The translations under genes and the position numbers were made by a program. From contig JAZNRA010000033.1 in assembly GCA_045590415.1 (NCBI GenBank), forward strand, positions 1 to 38,229: 38,229 nucleotides of DNA. The letters are read 5' to 3'. Below are positions 17,983 through 27,562 of this stretch, piece by piece. Position 1 is the stretch's first letter. Every line of letters begins with the position of its first letter. The notes under the pieces were generated by a model. The model was not told the origin of the DNA. It ran no database searches and saw nothing but the letters and a program-made list of their open reading frames with translations. The DNA comes from Acutalibacteraceae bacterium. GTDB lineage: Bacteria > Bacillota > Clostridia > Oscillospirales > Acutalibacteraceae.

Positions 17983-18880
17983 CGTTCAAACCTCCTAAAC
18001 GGTGAGACGGTTTTTTCTTCCGTTCACCGGATAACACTAACTTTTTTATACCGGGAATTCCCCATTCCAGCACATTTCGAAGTATGCCGTCAAATCGACG
18101 AATACTCAACAGTTCGTATGCAGCTTTACATTCGGCAAGTGAAGCATTCAGCATCCACTCTGCAGATTCACGTGCTAATCGCATCTTTTGTTTATCAGCT
18201 ACATCTACCCCTGCTGATAAGGCGATGGGATTGTATGAGCCGTTCTTCAAATCATCTTCAAGATCGTCTGCGGCATCCATCAAATATATTACGCGTCCCA
18301 AACAATATCCAAAACGGGATAAGACGCGCTTTTGCTTCACATCGTTTGAAGCTTCTGAGCAGAGGGCGCTTAATATTTGTGCCGTAGGTTCCGCCGCCAG
18401 ATCCACAGAAACAGTCCCCTTTTGTTCCAATTCGTGCTGATGAAGGATTTCTCGTTCAATCAACCTATCGAGTTGAGGCAATCGCTGTGCCGCACGGCGA
18501 CGATTACGGCGCATGATCGGTAATATCATTTTTGCCGCAACACGTTTTAAAAGGCGATCATCTGCAATGGTGTCTTCTGTTTTATGATATGCAAGCAACA
18601 TGGCAACATCGGCGCAAAAGTCCAGCGTGGCATTATGGTTACAGCAAGTGCGTTTTTTCAGCGGGTTATACGGACATCTGCTCTTTTTGAACCCGGCACA
18701 TTCCTCAGTGAGCGCCATATGCAAAACGACCAAAAAGGTCATATCGTAACTAAGGGTCATCTGTGCCGCAAAGCCATACCGCTTTCCAAGAGTTTTGCAC
18801 AGTGAACAGTAAATACCGCGATATTTCTCGAATTCGCCCATCTTAAGTTCAGGTTGGTATACCTTCACATAACCAAACAT
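17966..18880 (-). CDS. Cys-rich protein of unknown function; N-terminus resembles what I recall as the DUF5685 family
   Basis: [37 protein letters not shown]-terminus, followed by [20 protein letters not shown]. The gene overlaps the J-domain gene by 17 nt. The family assignment is from memory and is not verified. Confidence 0.65.
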   Translation of the reverse strand: MFGYVKVYQPELKMGEFEKYRGIYCSLCKTLGKRYGFAAQMTLSYDMTFLVVLHMALTEECAGFKKSRCPYNPLKKRTCCNHNATLDFCADVAMLLAYHKTEDTIADDRLLKRVAAKMILPIMRRNRRRAAQRLPQLDRLIEREILHQHELEQKGTVSVDLAAEPTAQILSALCSEASNDVKQKRVLSRFGYCLGRVIYLMDAADDLEDDLKNGSYNPIALSAGVDVADKQKMRLARESAEWMLNASLAECKAAYELLSIRRFDGILRNVLEWGIPGIKKLVLSGERKKKPSHRLGGLNDAKSI

Positions 18881-19055
18881 AGTGTTCCCTATTCACCTCC
18901 ATATCATGATACAATAGTTTGTATTTGCAATAATGAAAGATTTGTAAATATTCTATAAGGCAACGTCTGCATAATATTCGGAAAATCCGATAATACTATG
19001 TTCGCGCATTAACTGTGCGTGCTAAACGAAAGCAGCTTCCAAGGAGGGAAACAGG

Positions 19056-19271
19056 ATGATAGACAGAATCGCATTATTGCTGACGGTCATCGGCGCCCTG
19101 AACTGGGGAAGCATCGGTTTGTTCCAATTTGATATCGTCGCATGGATCTGCGGCGGTCAAGACGGCCCTATCAGCCGTGTAATTTACACACTGGTCGGCT
19201 TGGCAGGGTTATGGTGCATTTCGTTGTTTTTCCGCAAACGTGAACATCTTCTTGATAAAGAGGATGCCTAA
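19056..19271 (+). CDS. DUF378-family small membrane protein
   Basis: 71 aa with two hydrophobic helices and a GALNWGSIGLFQFDIVAW motif typical of DUF378. GGAGGG lies upstream of the ATG. Confidence 0.8.
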   Translation: MIDRIALLLTVIGALNWGSIGLFQFDIVAWICGGQDGPISRVIYTLVGLAGLWCISLFFRKREHLLDKEDA

Positions 19272-19311
19272 AAAATCAGGACCGTCGCAAAACGGCGGTC
19301 CTGATTTTTTG
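19272..19311. terminator. Bidirectional rho-independent terminator (DUF378 gene / ackA)
   Basis: Stem ATCAGGACCG/CGGTCCTGAT (19275-19284 and 19296-19305), flanked by an A-run upstream and a T-run downstream. Confidence 0.8.
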
Positions 19312-20502
19312 TTATATCAGCGCTTTGGTATCACGTGCAATTACCAGTTCCTCGTTCGTGGGGATAACGAAGGCGCGAACAGCGGAATCCGGTGTGGTGA
19401 TTTCAACTTCTTCGCCGTGTGCCAAATTGGCTTTTGCATCCAATTTCACACCCAAATAGGCGAGTTTTTCCAAAAGTTCGGCACGCAGGGCATCCTGATT
19501 TTCACCGATACCGGCGGTGAAGACAATGGCATCAAGACCGCCGAGTGCGGCTACATAACCACCGATGTATTTGAGAATCTGATAACTACGCATATCCCAT
19601 GCAAGTTTTGCACGGCGATCACCTTGTTCCATAGCGGCGGCAATGTCGCGATCGTCACTGGGAACACCGGAAATACCGAGCATACCGGATTTTTTGTTCA
19701 TGACATCATCCATCTGCGCGGGGGTCAGCCCCTCCTTCTCCATAAGGAACGTAACGGCAGACGGATCGACCATGCCACTGCGGGTGCCCATCAAAAAGCC
19801 GTCTAAAGGGGTAAGGCCCATCGTGGTATCAATCACCTTACCATCCTTAATAGCCGCCAACGAGGAGCCGTTTCCTAAATGGCAGGTGATAATGCGGGTG
19901 CCTTTGCCGTCGGGTTTACCGAGCAGTTCACAGCAACGAGCGGACACAAAACGGTGCGACGTGCCGTGGAAGCCGTAACGGCGGATGCCGTATTTTTCAT
20001 AGTACTCGTACGGAAGGCCCCATAAGTATGCCACCTCAGGCATTGTTTGATGAAATGCCGTATCAAAGACCGCCACCTGCGGAATGTCTTTTCCGAAAGC
20101 AGCCGCTGCCGCCTCCATACCTTTGACACCGGGCGGGTTGTGAAGCGGTGCCAGCGACGCGTAATCGCGGATAGTTTGGATAACGTCATCCGTAATACGA
20201 ACTGAACGGTCATACTTGGAACCGCCCATAACGGCACGGTGACCGATGGCGGTTACGTCCGATAAATTGTCAATTACTTTTCCTTCGCCGGTAGTCAACG
20301 CTTCTTTCACTTGTTCAAAAGCAGCGGTATGATCCGGCATGGTCACGTCCTTTTGAAAGACTTTACCATTTGCTTTATGAGTAAAACGACCGTCTATGCC
20401 GATGCGCTCACACAAGCCCTTAGCAACCGTCCGTTCGCCGTCCATATCAATCAGCTGATATTTCAGCGAGGAACTTCCGGCATTGATAACCAAAATTTTC
20501 AT
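19312..20502 (-). CDS. ackA: Acetate kinase
   Basis: MKILVINAGSSSLKYQL N-terminus, ..RRYGFHGTSH.., ..ITCHLGNGSS.., and ..VFTAGIGEN.. motifs. The start was moved to the ATG at 20502. Confidence 0.95.
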   Translation of the reverse strand: MKILVINAGSSSLKYQLIDMDGERTVAKGLCERIGIDGRFTHKANGKVFQKDVTMPDHTAAFEQVKEALTTGEGKVIDNLSDVTAIGHRAVMGGSKYDRSVRITDDVIQTIRDYASLAPLHNPPGVKGMEAAAAAFGKDIPQVAVFDTAFHQTMPEVAYLWGLPYEYYEKYGIRRYGFHGTSHRFVSARCCELLGKPDGKGTRIITCHLGNGSSLAAIKDGKVIDTTMGLTPLDGFLMGTRSGMVDPSAVTFLMEKEGLTPAQMDDVMNKKSGMLGISGVPSDDRDIAAAMEQGDRRAKLAWDMRSYQILKYIGGYVAALGGLDAIVFTAGIGENQDALRAELLEKLAYLGVKLDAKANLAHGEEVEITTPDSAVRAFVIPTNEELVIARDTKALI

Positions 20503-20558
20503 ACAACCCAATCCCCTTATCTGTATATTGATTTTCTTTCAAAAATACGATATACTTA

Positions 20559-20587
20559 ATCATAGTACGAAATTGAATTTTTTTCAA
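20559..20587 (-). promoter_or_regulatory. Candidate sigma-A promoter for ackA
   Basis: On the minus strand: TTGAAA (20582-20587), 17-nt spacer, TATGAT (20559-20564). Confidence 0.45.
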
Positions 20588-20625
20588 CTGATTTTTGCAT
20601 TTTTTTACCGTGGAGGTGTAAATTT

Positions 20626-21825
20626 ATGCGGATTGCCGGTATTGTAGCCGAATACAATCCTTTTCACAACGGGCACGCGATCCATATCGAAAAAACACGC
20701 GAGCCGAACGGCGGATGCGAAGCCACCCATATCGTTGCGGTAATGAGCGGCAGTTTCGTGCAACGCGGTGAGCCGGCGGTCATGACAAAATTTGATCGCG
20801 CCAAAGCGGCACTCGCCGGAGGTGTTGACCTCGTCATTGAATTGCCGGTGCCGTGGTGTCTTTCCTCCGCAGAAGGTTTTGCGACCGGCGCCGTATCGTT
20901 GCTCAATTCGCTTGGCTGCGTGGATGTCCTCAGTTTCGGATCGGAAATCGGCAAGATCGAACCGCTTCAAAAAGCCGTCACAGTTATGCAAACGCCTCGA
21001 TTCTCTTCGTTGCTCAAATATCATCTTGGTCTGGGTATTTCTTTTCCGGAAGCGCAACAAAAAGCTTTGGCGGAGATCGTCGGTTCCAAAGCGGCATCGG
21101 TTTTGAACACGCCCAACAATACGCTCGGCATCGAATATATCAAAGCGTTACAGGCGTGCAATGCTACTATGGAACTCTTTACCGTTGAACGTCAGGGTTC
21201 TTCACACGACAGCATGGCTCCTATCGGCGACACGGCTTCTGCATCATATCTGCGTATGCTGTTATCCTCCGACCGTCTGCTCAACACACTGCCGTATATG
21301 CCGGCCGGTTGTGCTGCCGTTGTCTCGGACGCTGCCGACAAGGGTCTTCTTCCGGCAAGCGTTTCTGCGTTAGACCGCGCTGTTCTTTCTTATCTGCGGC
21401 GTTTATCTTTGGATGATTTGAAAGCGCTGCCGGTCATGTCCGAAGGACTGGAAAACCGCGTATACACGGCGATTCGCAAGGCCTCGTCCTTGACCGAGTT
21501 GGAAGAAAGTATCAAAACAAAGCGATATCCGCTCACACGTATCCGCCGCTTAATTTGGTCTGCGTTTTTGGGCATTACCAACGAACACACCGCCGCACCG
21601 CCGCCCTATATTCGTGTATTAGCAGCAAACGAACGCGGCAAAGAGATTCTATCTGCTGCCAAGCCCACCGCACCGCTTTTGTATCGCGCTTCACAGGTCG
21701 CAAAACTGGACGTTACCTGCCAACGGTTATGGGAGCTGGAAACGAAAGCGACCGACCTTCACGCACTCTCTTTACCCAAACCTCCCCCCTGCGGTACCGA
21801 TCATACCACCGGCTTAATACGATGA
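20626..21825 (+). CDS. tmcAL: tRNA(Met) cytidine acetate ligase (YlbM/UPF0348 nucleotidyltransferase family)
   Basis: MRIAGIVAEYNPFHNGHAIHIEKTR N-terminus (HxGH-type nucleotidyltransferase) and a length of about 400 aa, as in B. subtilis YlbM. GGAGGTG lies 7 nt upstream. Confidence 0.8.
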   Translation: MRIAGIVAEYNPFHNGHAIHIEKTREPNGGCEATHIVAVMSGSFVQRGEPAVMTKFDRAKAALAGGVDLVIELPVPWCLSSAEGFATGAVSLLNSLGCVDVLSFGSEIGKIEPLQKAVTVMQTPRFSSLLKYHLGLGISFPEAQQKALAEIVGSKAASVLNTPNNTLGIEYIKALQACNATMELFTVERQGSSHDSMAPIGDTASASYLRMLLSSDRLLNTLPYMPAGCAAVVSDAADKGLLPASVSALDRAVLSYLRRLSLDDLKALPVMSEGLENRVYTAIRKASSLTELEESIKTKRYPLTRIRRLIWSAFLGITNEHTAAPPPYIRVLAANERGKEILSAAKPTAPLLYRASQVAKLDVTCQRLWELETKATDLHALSLPKPPPCGTDHTTGLIR

Positions 21826-21856
21826 AAAACACCCTGCTGACGCAGGGTGTTTTCAT
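21826..21856. terminator. Bidirectional terminator (tmcAL / ftsH)
   Basis: Stem ACACCCTGC/GCAGGGTGT (21829-21837 and 21842-21850) with loop TGAC, A-run before and T-run after. Confidence 0.8.
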
Positions 21857-21857
21857 T

Positions 21858-23795
21858 TTATTCTTCGGGAGTTGCTTCTGCTTGTGATACAAACAGATTC
21901 ATATTGGAGTACGCGGGGATCTCGCGGCCTTCCATGGCGGCACGGAATTGCGCGCCGTCCATTTTCTCATGATCGATAAGATACTGAGAAATCAAATGCA
22001 GTTTATCCTCGTTCTTGGACAAACAGTCGGTGGTCTTTTTATAGGCATCGGTGACGATACGATTGATCTCCGCATCGATCTGAGCGGCAATTTGCTCCGA
22101 ATAGTTGCGAGTATGACCGAAATCACGACCTAAGAACACCTCGTTGGATTCGGAGGCACCGAACACAACAGGGCCTAAGCTATCACTCATACCGTACTTG
22201 GTAACCATCTTGCGCGCCGTTTCCGTGGAACGTTCCAGATCGTTTGAGGCGCCGGTGGAAATATCTTTAATGATCAATTCCTCTGCCACGCGACCACCCA
22301 GCAATACCTGGATATCCTCCAGCATACGGTTTTTGGTAAGGTGCTTATGATCGTTTTCCGGCAAATTCATGGTAAAACCGGCCGCCATACCACGCGGAAT
22401 AATGGAAATCTGATGCACCGGATCCTGCGTTGGACAGAAATACGATACGATCGCGTGTCCCGCCTCGTGATATGCCGTGATGCGTTTATCGCGTTGCGTG
22501 ATCACGTGGCTGCGTTTTTCTGTACCCATGATCACTTTTAAGGTCGCTTCTTCAATTTCTTCCATCGTCAACGAATGACGACCGCGACGTGCCGCAAGTA
22601 AAGCGGATTCGTTAAGAAGGTTTTCCAAATCAGCGCCGGTAAAACCAACTGTCGCTTTTGCAATCACCGCAAGATCCACGTCGGGACCAAGCGGTTTCCC
22701 CTTCGCATGAACGTGCAGGATCGCCTCACGCCCTTTGATGTCGGGATAGTTGACAACGATTTGACGGTCAAATCGACCGGGCCGCATCAATGCGGGATCC
22801 AAAATATCGGGACGGTTGGTTGCCGCCATCATGATAACGCCTTCGTTTGCACCAAAACCGTCCATTTCAACGAGCAATTGGTTGAGCGTCTGTTCACGTT
22901 CGTCGTGACCGCCGCCGAGACCGGCGCCGCGTTGACGACCAACCGCATCAATTTCATCAATGAAGATGATGCAAGGTGAATTTTTCTTGGCTTGTTCGAA
23001 CAAATCACGTACGCGGGAAGCACCGACACCAACGTACATCTCCACGAAATCCGAACCGGAGATCGAGAAGAACTGCACACCGGCTTCACCCGCTACCGCA
23101 CGGGCAAGGAGCGTCTTACCGGTACCGGGAGGGCCGACAAGTAATACACCCTTCGGTACACGTGCACCAAGTTCTTTGAATTTTTTGGGAGAACGGAGGA
23201 AATCCACAATTTCGCGCAGTTCTTCCTTTTCTTCATCAGCACCTGCTACGTCGTCAAACGTGGTCTTGCGTTTTTCATCGACGGGCTGCTTGACACGTGC
23301 TTTGCCGAAACCCATCATTTTACCACCGCCGTCCATGTTGTTGAGTGAACGACGCATGGAGATCCACATCGCAACAAACAGACCCGCAATCAGCAACGAT
23401 GGCAGGAAACTTGCCCACGGAATCGAGGTAGGTTGAATATAATTATATTTTGTAATTTTACCGGCAACGTACGGCTCAATATCACTTAAAAACAGACTGA
23501 TGTTGGGCACGGTATATGAAAGGACATCCTGGTCGTTGATCTGACCGTTACCGTCAATATCCGTGCGGAATTCCGATTTTAAGCGAATGGCAATTATGCC
23601 GTTGGTAAGGTTGAATTCAAACTCCTCTACCTTTTCATCGCTGAAAAGCTGAACATAGTCAGAATAGACCATGTCGTCTTTTGCTTGCGATCCGGACAAA
23701 AACATCCAGACGATGACTAAGATGAGAATCGGAATACCGATAAACAACCCCAAGTTGCGCAGTAGCTTTCCGTAATTATTATTGTTGGACTCCAA
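21858..23795 (-). CDS. ftsH: ATP-dependent zinc metalloprotease FtsH
   Basis: Two TM segments, Walker A GPPGTGKT, Walker B IIFIDEID, an SRH region and the zinc site HEAGHA. The only plausible start is TTG at 23795, with GAGGAG 10 nt upstream. Confidence 0.95.
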   Translation of the reverse strand: MESNNNNYGKLLRNLGLFIGIPILILVIVWMFLSGSQAKDDMVYSDYVQLFSDEKVEEFEFNLTNGIIAIRLKSEFRTDIDGNGQINDQDVLSYTVPNISLFLSDIEPYVAGKITKYNYIQPTSIPWASFLPSLLIAGLFVAMWISMRRSLNNMDGGGKMMGFGKARVKQPVDEKRKTTFDDVAGADEEKEELREIVDFLRSPKKFKELGARVPKGVLLVGPPGTGKTLLARAVAGEAGVQFFSISGSDFVEMYVGVGASRVRDLFEQAKKNSPCIIFIDEIDAVGRQRGAGLGGGHDEREQTLNQLLVEMDGFGANEGVIMMAATNRPDILDPALMRPGRFDRQIVVNYPDIKGREAILHVHAKGKPLGPDVDLAVIAKATVGFTGADLENLLNESALLAARRGRHSLTMEEIEEATLKVIMGTEKRSHVITQRDKRITAYHEAGHAIVSYFCPTQDPVHQISIIPRGMAAGFTMNLPENDHKHLTKNRMLEDIQVLLGGRVAEELIIKDISTGASNDLERSTETARKMVTKYGMSDSLGPVVFGASESNEVFLGRDFGHTRNYSEQIAAQIDAEINRIVTDAYKKTTDCLSKNEDKLHLISQYLIDHEKMDGAQFRAAMEGREIPAYSNMNLFVSQAEATPEE

Positions 23796-23802
23796 AGGAT
23801 GT

Positions 23803-24360
23803 TCACTCCTCTTTGTGAGAATATACGCAAGGTTTTAACACACCGACATACGGCAGATTTCGGTACAATTCAGCATAGTCGAGGCCGTAGCCGACAATAA
23901 ACTGATCCGGAACCGATGCACCGATATAATCCGCTTTGATATTGACACGGCGGCGTTCCGGTTTATCCAAAAACGTGCAAAGGCGAATACTGGCGGGATT
24001 ACGTGCAGAGAGATTTTTCAGCAGATAAGACAGCGTCACACCGGAATCCAAAATATCCTCTACAACTAACACATCCTTACCGTCCAAGGACGCGTCCAGA
24101 TCTTTCAAAATCCGCACCTCGCCCGAGGTCGTCGTGCCGGAACCGTAACTGGAAACCGACAAGAAATCAATTGCACACGGAACGGTGATCTCCCGCATGA
24201 GATCCGCCATAAATATCAACGAACCTTTCAGAACACTGACAAGCAGCAGATTTTTACCTTTATAATCTTCACTGATTTGCCGCCCCATATTCCGAACGAT
24301 CTCGGCAATTTTTTCTTCATCAAACAAAACACTTTCAACGTCAGGGTGCATCGTTCTCAT
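23803..24360 (-). CDS. hpt: Hypoxanthine phosphoribosyltransferase
   Basis: The PRPP-binding motif [14 protein letters not shown] is present. Start chosen at the ATG at 24360 (GGAGG 6 nt upstream); the ATG at 24351 is also possible. The upstream in-frame extension in the track has no homology-like sequence. Confidence 0.92.
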   Translation of the reverse strand: MRTMHPDVESVLFDEEKIAEIVRNMGRQISEDYKGKNLLLVSVLKGSLIFMADLMREITVPCAIDFLSVSSYGSGTTTSGEVRILKDLDASLDGKDVLVVEDILDSGVTLSYLLKNLSARNPASIRLCTFLDKPERRRVNIKADYIGASVPDQFIVGYGLDYAELYRNLPYVGVLKPCVYSHKEE

Positions 24361-25722
24361 AAACATCCTCCTTTTTTTCGAGCAGTAAAATCGTTTGAGT
24401 ATCCGTGGTAACAGAAACACGCTCATCGCAACCAAATCCGCACACAAGGACAATGCCTTGCGCATCGCATACAATGGGAATCTGATCACGGAAGGCGGTC
24501 TTTTGTTCATTAAACAACTTCTTAAGTGATTTGCCGCAATTCCTGCCGACGGGACGGAAACGATCACCGTCCTGACGCTGACGCAGGAACAAATCGCCAC
24601 TTATTCTATCATAATCAAACGCATTTTGGAACAGATGTGGGAAAATATTTAGTTTTTGTTCATATTCTGCTCGGGAAAGCAATGAAAAGCAGTACGTGTT
24701 ATCCCCCACCGTATATCGCGCACCGATGATTACGGGGAAAGAAAAGGCGGGATATTCCTCATCCGCAGGTGGTTGTTCAAAGAAAAGCGTATCTGTGACG
24801 CAAAAGCGCGCTCCACTTGGCAATACCACCGCGCCGCTCCCTGCCTCCAACGCCGAAAGCAGTAAAGCAATATGGCGCTCTTCAGCCGTTTTCACAATAC
24901 GGCACAAAGCACGCGAGCGGATTGGTTCTTCCAATGATAGCAAGACATCACGGCTATAACACCGAGGTCACGCGTTTTTGCTTCAATAAGGGCTTTTTCT
25001 GCGAGTCCGTCAATAAAGGCATCTGCTTGACGCGCTTGTTCAATGAAACGCGATATTGCCGTGGTTGTCTGCGGATTGATGGAACGCAGCTGCGGCATCA
25101 CCTCATGGCGAATGCGGTTGCGTGCGTATACGGTATCCGCATTGCTGCTGTCCGTAACATACGATAAGCGGTGTTCTGCACAGTACGCTTCGATATCTTC
25201 GCGGGTACAGGTAATCAGCGGGCGGATAATATTTCCTCGTACCGGCGGGATCCCGGCCGCTCCGTGTAAACCGCTTCCACGGCACAAATGCAACAACAAT
25301 GTTTCAGCATTATCATCCGCCGTGTGAGCTGTGGCAATTCGACAGCAGGGATCTGCTTGTGCAGCTTTTTGAAATGCCGCATAGCGCAGTTCTCTGCCGA
25401 TCTCCTCAACGCCCTTCCCCTGCTGTGCCGCCAATGCCGCCACATCGTGCTTTTCCACAAGGATCGGAACATTCCGTTCACGGCACAATTCCTCAACAAA
25501 ACGTTGATCGCGCAGTGATTCTTCTCCGCGCAAGGAATGGTTGATATGTACCGCCGTTAAAGAGGAAATACGTCCTTCCGAGCGTAGGGAGACTAAGAGA
25601 TGTAACAAAGCGACGGAATCTGCCCCGCCGGACACACCTGCCACGACAGCACAATCCGGCGACAGCATTTGCTCCCGCCGAACCACTTGCAAGGCCTTTT
25701 CCTTTACACCCATACGGATCAT
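24341..25722 (-). pseudogene. tilS: tRNA(Ile)-lysidine synthase, split into two overlapping frames (N-terminal 276-aa ORF 24892-25722; C-terminal 200-aa ORF 24341-24943)
   Basis: The N-terminal ORF has the PP-loop VAGVSGGADS. The C-terminal ORF has a TilS C-terminal-domain-like sequence GKSLKKLFNEQKTAFRDQIPIV. The two frames overlap at 24892-24970. A single-base shift near 24949-24951 would give a continuous ..TRDLGVIAVDVLLSLEEPIRSRALCRIV.. protein of about 455 aa. The TilS identity is confident. Whether the indel is real or a sequence error cannot be decided from this window. Confidence 0.6.
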
Positions 25723-27074
25723 CCTTCGTTTTGATGCAACTCCAAAGAAGTAAACTGCGTAAACTCGCCTTGGAACGCGAGCGGCACGGTACCTAATTCA
25801 CCGTGTCGGTTTTTGGAAACGATCACTTCCGCCGTTCCGGACTGTACAGCAGAGGGGTCGCTTTTTTCATTTCGGTAGTACTCGTCACGATACAAGAACA
25901 GTACCTGGTCGGCATCCTGCTCAATCGAACCGGATTCACGCAGATCGGAAAGTCCCGGACGGTGATTTGCCTGCTTTTCCGTTGCACGGGCAAGCTGAGC
26001 ACACACCATGATCGGTACGTTTAGTTCTTTTGCCATTATCTTTAGACTGCGTGTGATCTCGGAAACCTCGGTTACGCGGTTCTCGGTGCGTTTACCGGAA
26101 TGCATCAACTGCAAATAGTCGATCACCACAAACCCAAGATCTTTTAATCTGAGAAGCCGCGCCTTCATCGTTGCTACCGTAATACTGGCGGTATCGTCCA
26201 AATAAATAGGGGCTTGACCGAGCTGACCGGCGGCAGATGCCAGACGCGTCCACTCATCCGGAGTCAGGTTACCTGTGCGCAGTTTTTTGGAGGAGACTCT
26301 GGCTTCCGAGGAGAGCAGACGGTTTACCATCTGCTCGCGGGACATTTCCAGGTTAAACACCGCGACGGTGCGTTTTTGTTGCATCGCGACGTTGCGCGCA
26401 ATATTCAACGCAAAGCTGGTTTTACCCATACCGGGACGCGCACCGACAATAATCAAATCGGAACGGTTAAGACCGGTTGTGATCTCGTCCAGCGCGCTGA
26501 TGCCGGTGGGAATACCGACGTACAGTTCCCGCTCGTCCGAAGTGAGCTTGTTGTACATTTCATAGTTAGAGGCGATGACTTCACGAATCGGAACCAGACC
26601 GTTTTGATGCTTGTCTTGGCGAATATCATATATTTTCTGTTCCGCCTGCTCGATCAAAGCCGTCGTGTCCACGCCGGGCTGCATCGCATCACCGGTGATC
26701 TCGCGTGATACACTGATCAAACGGCGAACGTCGTACTTGTCCCGCACCATGTGGGCATAATTGCTCACGTTGGATATGGATGGTACGATCTGCGCGAGTT
26801 TCAGCAGATAGTTCTTTCCCTCCTCCTCAGAGAAAAAGGATTCCGCTTTGAGCGCTTCCAGTACCGTGACAAAGTCAATGGTTTTGGATTGCAGAAGCTT
26901 TTCAAGCATAATCGTATAGATCGCTTGATGTTCCGCTAAATAAAAATGCTCCGGCTTTAAAATATCCGCCACCTGCATTATGCAAGAAGACTCCATCAAA
27001 ACGGCACCGAGAACGGCTTGCTCTGCTTCTAAACTGTGGGGCAAATTCAATTCATCGTAGGTCATTTCAGGCAT
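25719..27074 (-). CDS. dnaB: Replicative DNA helicase
   Basis: LPHSLEAEQAVLGAVL N-terminal motif and Walker A GARPGMGKTSFAL. Length is 451 aa with no intein-sized insertion. The stop overlaps the tilS ATG (ATGA). Confidence 0.95.
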   Translation of the reverse strand: MPEMTYDELNLPHSLEAEQAVLGAVLMESSCIMQVADILKPEHFYLAEHQAIYTIMLEKLLQSKTIDFVTVLEALKAESFFSEEEGKNYLLKLAQIVPSISNVSNYAHMVRDKYDVRRLISVSREITGDAMQPGVDTTALIEQAEQKIYDIRQDKHQNGLVPIREVIASNYEMYNKLTSDERELYVGIPTGISALDEITTGLNRSDLIIVGARPGMGKTSFALNIARNVAMQQKRTVAVFNLEMSREQMVNRLLSSEARVSSKKLRTGNLTPDEWTRLASAAGQLGQAPIYLDDTASITVATMKARLLRLKDLGFVVIDYLQLMHSGKRTENRVTEVSEITRSLKIMAKELNVPIMVCAQLARATEKQANHRPGLSDLRESGSIEQDADQVLFLYRDEYYRNEKSDPSAVQSGTAEVIVSKNRHGELGTVPLAFQGEFTQFTSLELHQNEG

Positions 27075-27107
27075 ACGCCCACTTCCCTTCGGTTTCTTAG
27101 GGTTTCG

Positions 27108-27548
27108 TTATTCCGTAACCATAACGGTGATTTTTGCGGTAACGCCTTGGTTAAACTTGAGTTCTGCTTCGTACGCTCCGAACGCCTTAGCATCCGCCAT
27201 CGTGATCTTTCGCTTATCCAACTCCACACCGTATTGTTCTTTGAGTGCCTGTGCCACTTCTTTAGTGGTAACAGAACCAAACAGCTTGCCGTTCTGACCC
27301 GCGCGGGCAACAATCTTGACGGCCTTACCGGATAAAGTTTTCGCAGCCGCCTCCGCCTCTTGCTTTTCTACCGCCTTGTGATGCTGCTGAGCAGATTCTT
27401 TGTTGCGAAGATCGTTCATTGCCTGCGAATCTGCTTCGATCGCCAAACCGCGCGGCAATAAAAAGTTACGGGCATAACCGTCGGACACCTGCACGAGTTG
27501 TCCCGCTTTTCCCTGGCCTTTTACATCTTGTTTGAGAATAACTTTCAT
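27108..27548 (-). CDS. rplI: 50S ribosomal protein L9
   Basis: [36 protein letters not shown]. The start was moved to the ATG at 27548, behind an AGGAGG RBS. Confidence 0.95.
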   Translation of the reverse strand: MKVILKQDVKGQGKAGQLVQVSDGYARNFLLPRGLAIEADSQAMNDLRNKESAQQHHKAVEKQEAEAAAKTLSGKAVKIVARAGQNGKLFGSVTTKEVAQALKEQYGVELDKRKITMADAKAFGAYEAELKFNQGVTAKITVMVTE

Positions 27549-27562
27549 ATCGTATGTACCTC

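Noticed and set aside
20605-21060. A 151-aa minus-strand ORF and other ORFs overlapping tmcAL. Similar antisense ORFs lie inside dnaB (26214-26708), gdpP, rnj and ackA.
   Set aside because: All are antisense to, or out of frame with, genes that have strong motif support. They lack RBSs and have arbitrary-looking sequences.
24361-24600. The hpt reading frame stays open 240 nt upstream of its start. This could suggest a TilS-Hpt fusion like those annotated in some Clostridia.
   Set aside because: The extension is in a different frame from both tilS pieces and looks non-homologous. A GGAGG RBS with well-spaced ATGs sits at 24351-24366.
24940-24960. Programmed ribosomal frameshifting as the explanation for the split tilS.
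   Set aside because: I could see no slippery heptamer, homopolymer run or obvious downstream stimulatory structure at the junction. A simple indel, real or artefactual, is more parsimonious.
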